Positions 63,747-64,000 of a DNA stretch of 64,000 nucleotides are shown here, in pieces. The position numbers and the translations under genes are program-made. The stretch comes from Eledone cirrhosa (lineage: Eukaryota), in NCBI GenBank assembly GCA_964016885.1, contig OZ024744.1:106764001-106828000 (forward strand), in the 5' to 3' direction. The notes below the pieces were generated by a model. It was not told the DNA's origin, made no database searches, and saw only the letters and a program-made list of their open reading frames with translations. Each line of letters opens with the position of its first letter. Positions within the stretch are counted from its first letter, which is position 1.

Positions 63747-64000
63747 GTGATAGAGAACGATTGGACATAGAATTAGAAAACAATATCTATATATAAGCGT
63801 GGAACACGGACGTTAAACGTTGATGATGATGATGATGATGATGATTTGTTCCTTGTCAAAAACCACTAGTTCACTAGTGGTTTTTGACAAGGAACAAATA
63901 TATATAGATGTAGCCTGCTCCTTTGACACAAGGGCAAGAAAAGGAGAAGGAGAAAATTAACTGGTACTGAGATCTAAAGAGGGAACTGAAAAGGATCTGG
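63747..64000 (+). mobile_element. Degraded Dong/R4 LINE fragment with an internal 27-bp foldback
   Basis: GTGATAGAGAACGAT and GATGTAGCCTGCTCCTTTGACACAAG..GAGAAAATTAA..AAAAGGATCTGG are homologous to 47972-48190. Confidence 0.75.

Overview
Eukaryotic, highly repetitive genomic DNA. The SINE/LINE complement looks molluscan, probably octopus/coleoid cephalopod (inferred from recalled repeat families, not a database hit). Bases 1-31645 are one 44-bp satellite (about 700 monomers, multi-kb higher-order duplications). Its last monomer runs in frame into what looks like the 3' end of a LINE (ORF end, 3' UTR, AATAAA, (ATT)n tail). Next come a degraded RTE LINE and a full-length but broken Ty3/Gypsy LTR retrotransposon of CsRn1 type (33504-38991) inserted in (TA)n. 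The only host gene I can support is the last three coding exons of NEURL4 on the minus strand (63548-63663, 59498-59645, 45032-45236). They encode the C-terminal ADP-ribosyltransferase-like domain, which here has Tyr where the NAD-binding His of the H-Y-E triad is expected. The NEURL4 introns are packed with SINEs, RTE and Dong/R4 LINE fragments, tandem arrays and several long hairpins. The most striking pattern is that at least five separate tandem arrays (44, 31, 122, 106 and 73 bp; possibly also about 90 bp) are each built from a slice of a retroelement whose remainder still sits at the array edge. The window therefore appears to show retroelement-to-satellite conversion at several stages. 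The hundreds of ORFs in the repeats are treated as artefacts.
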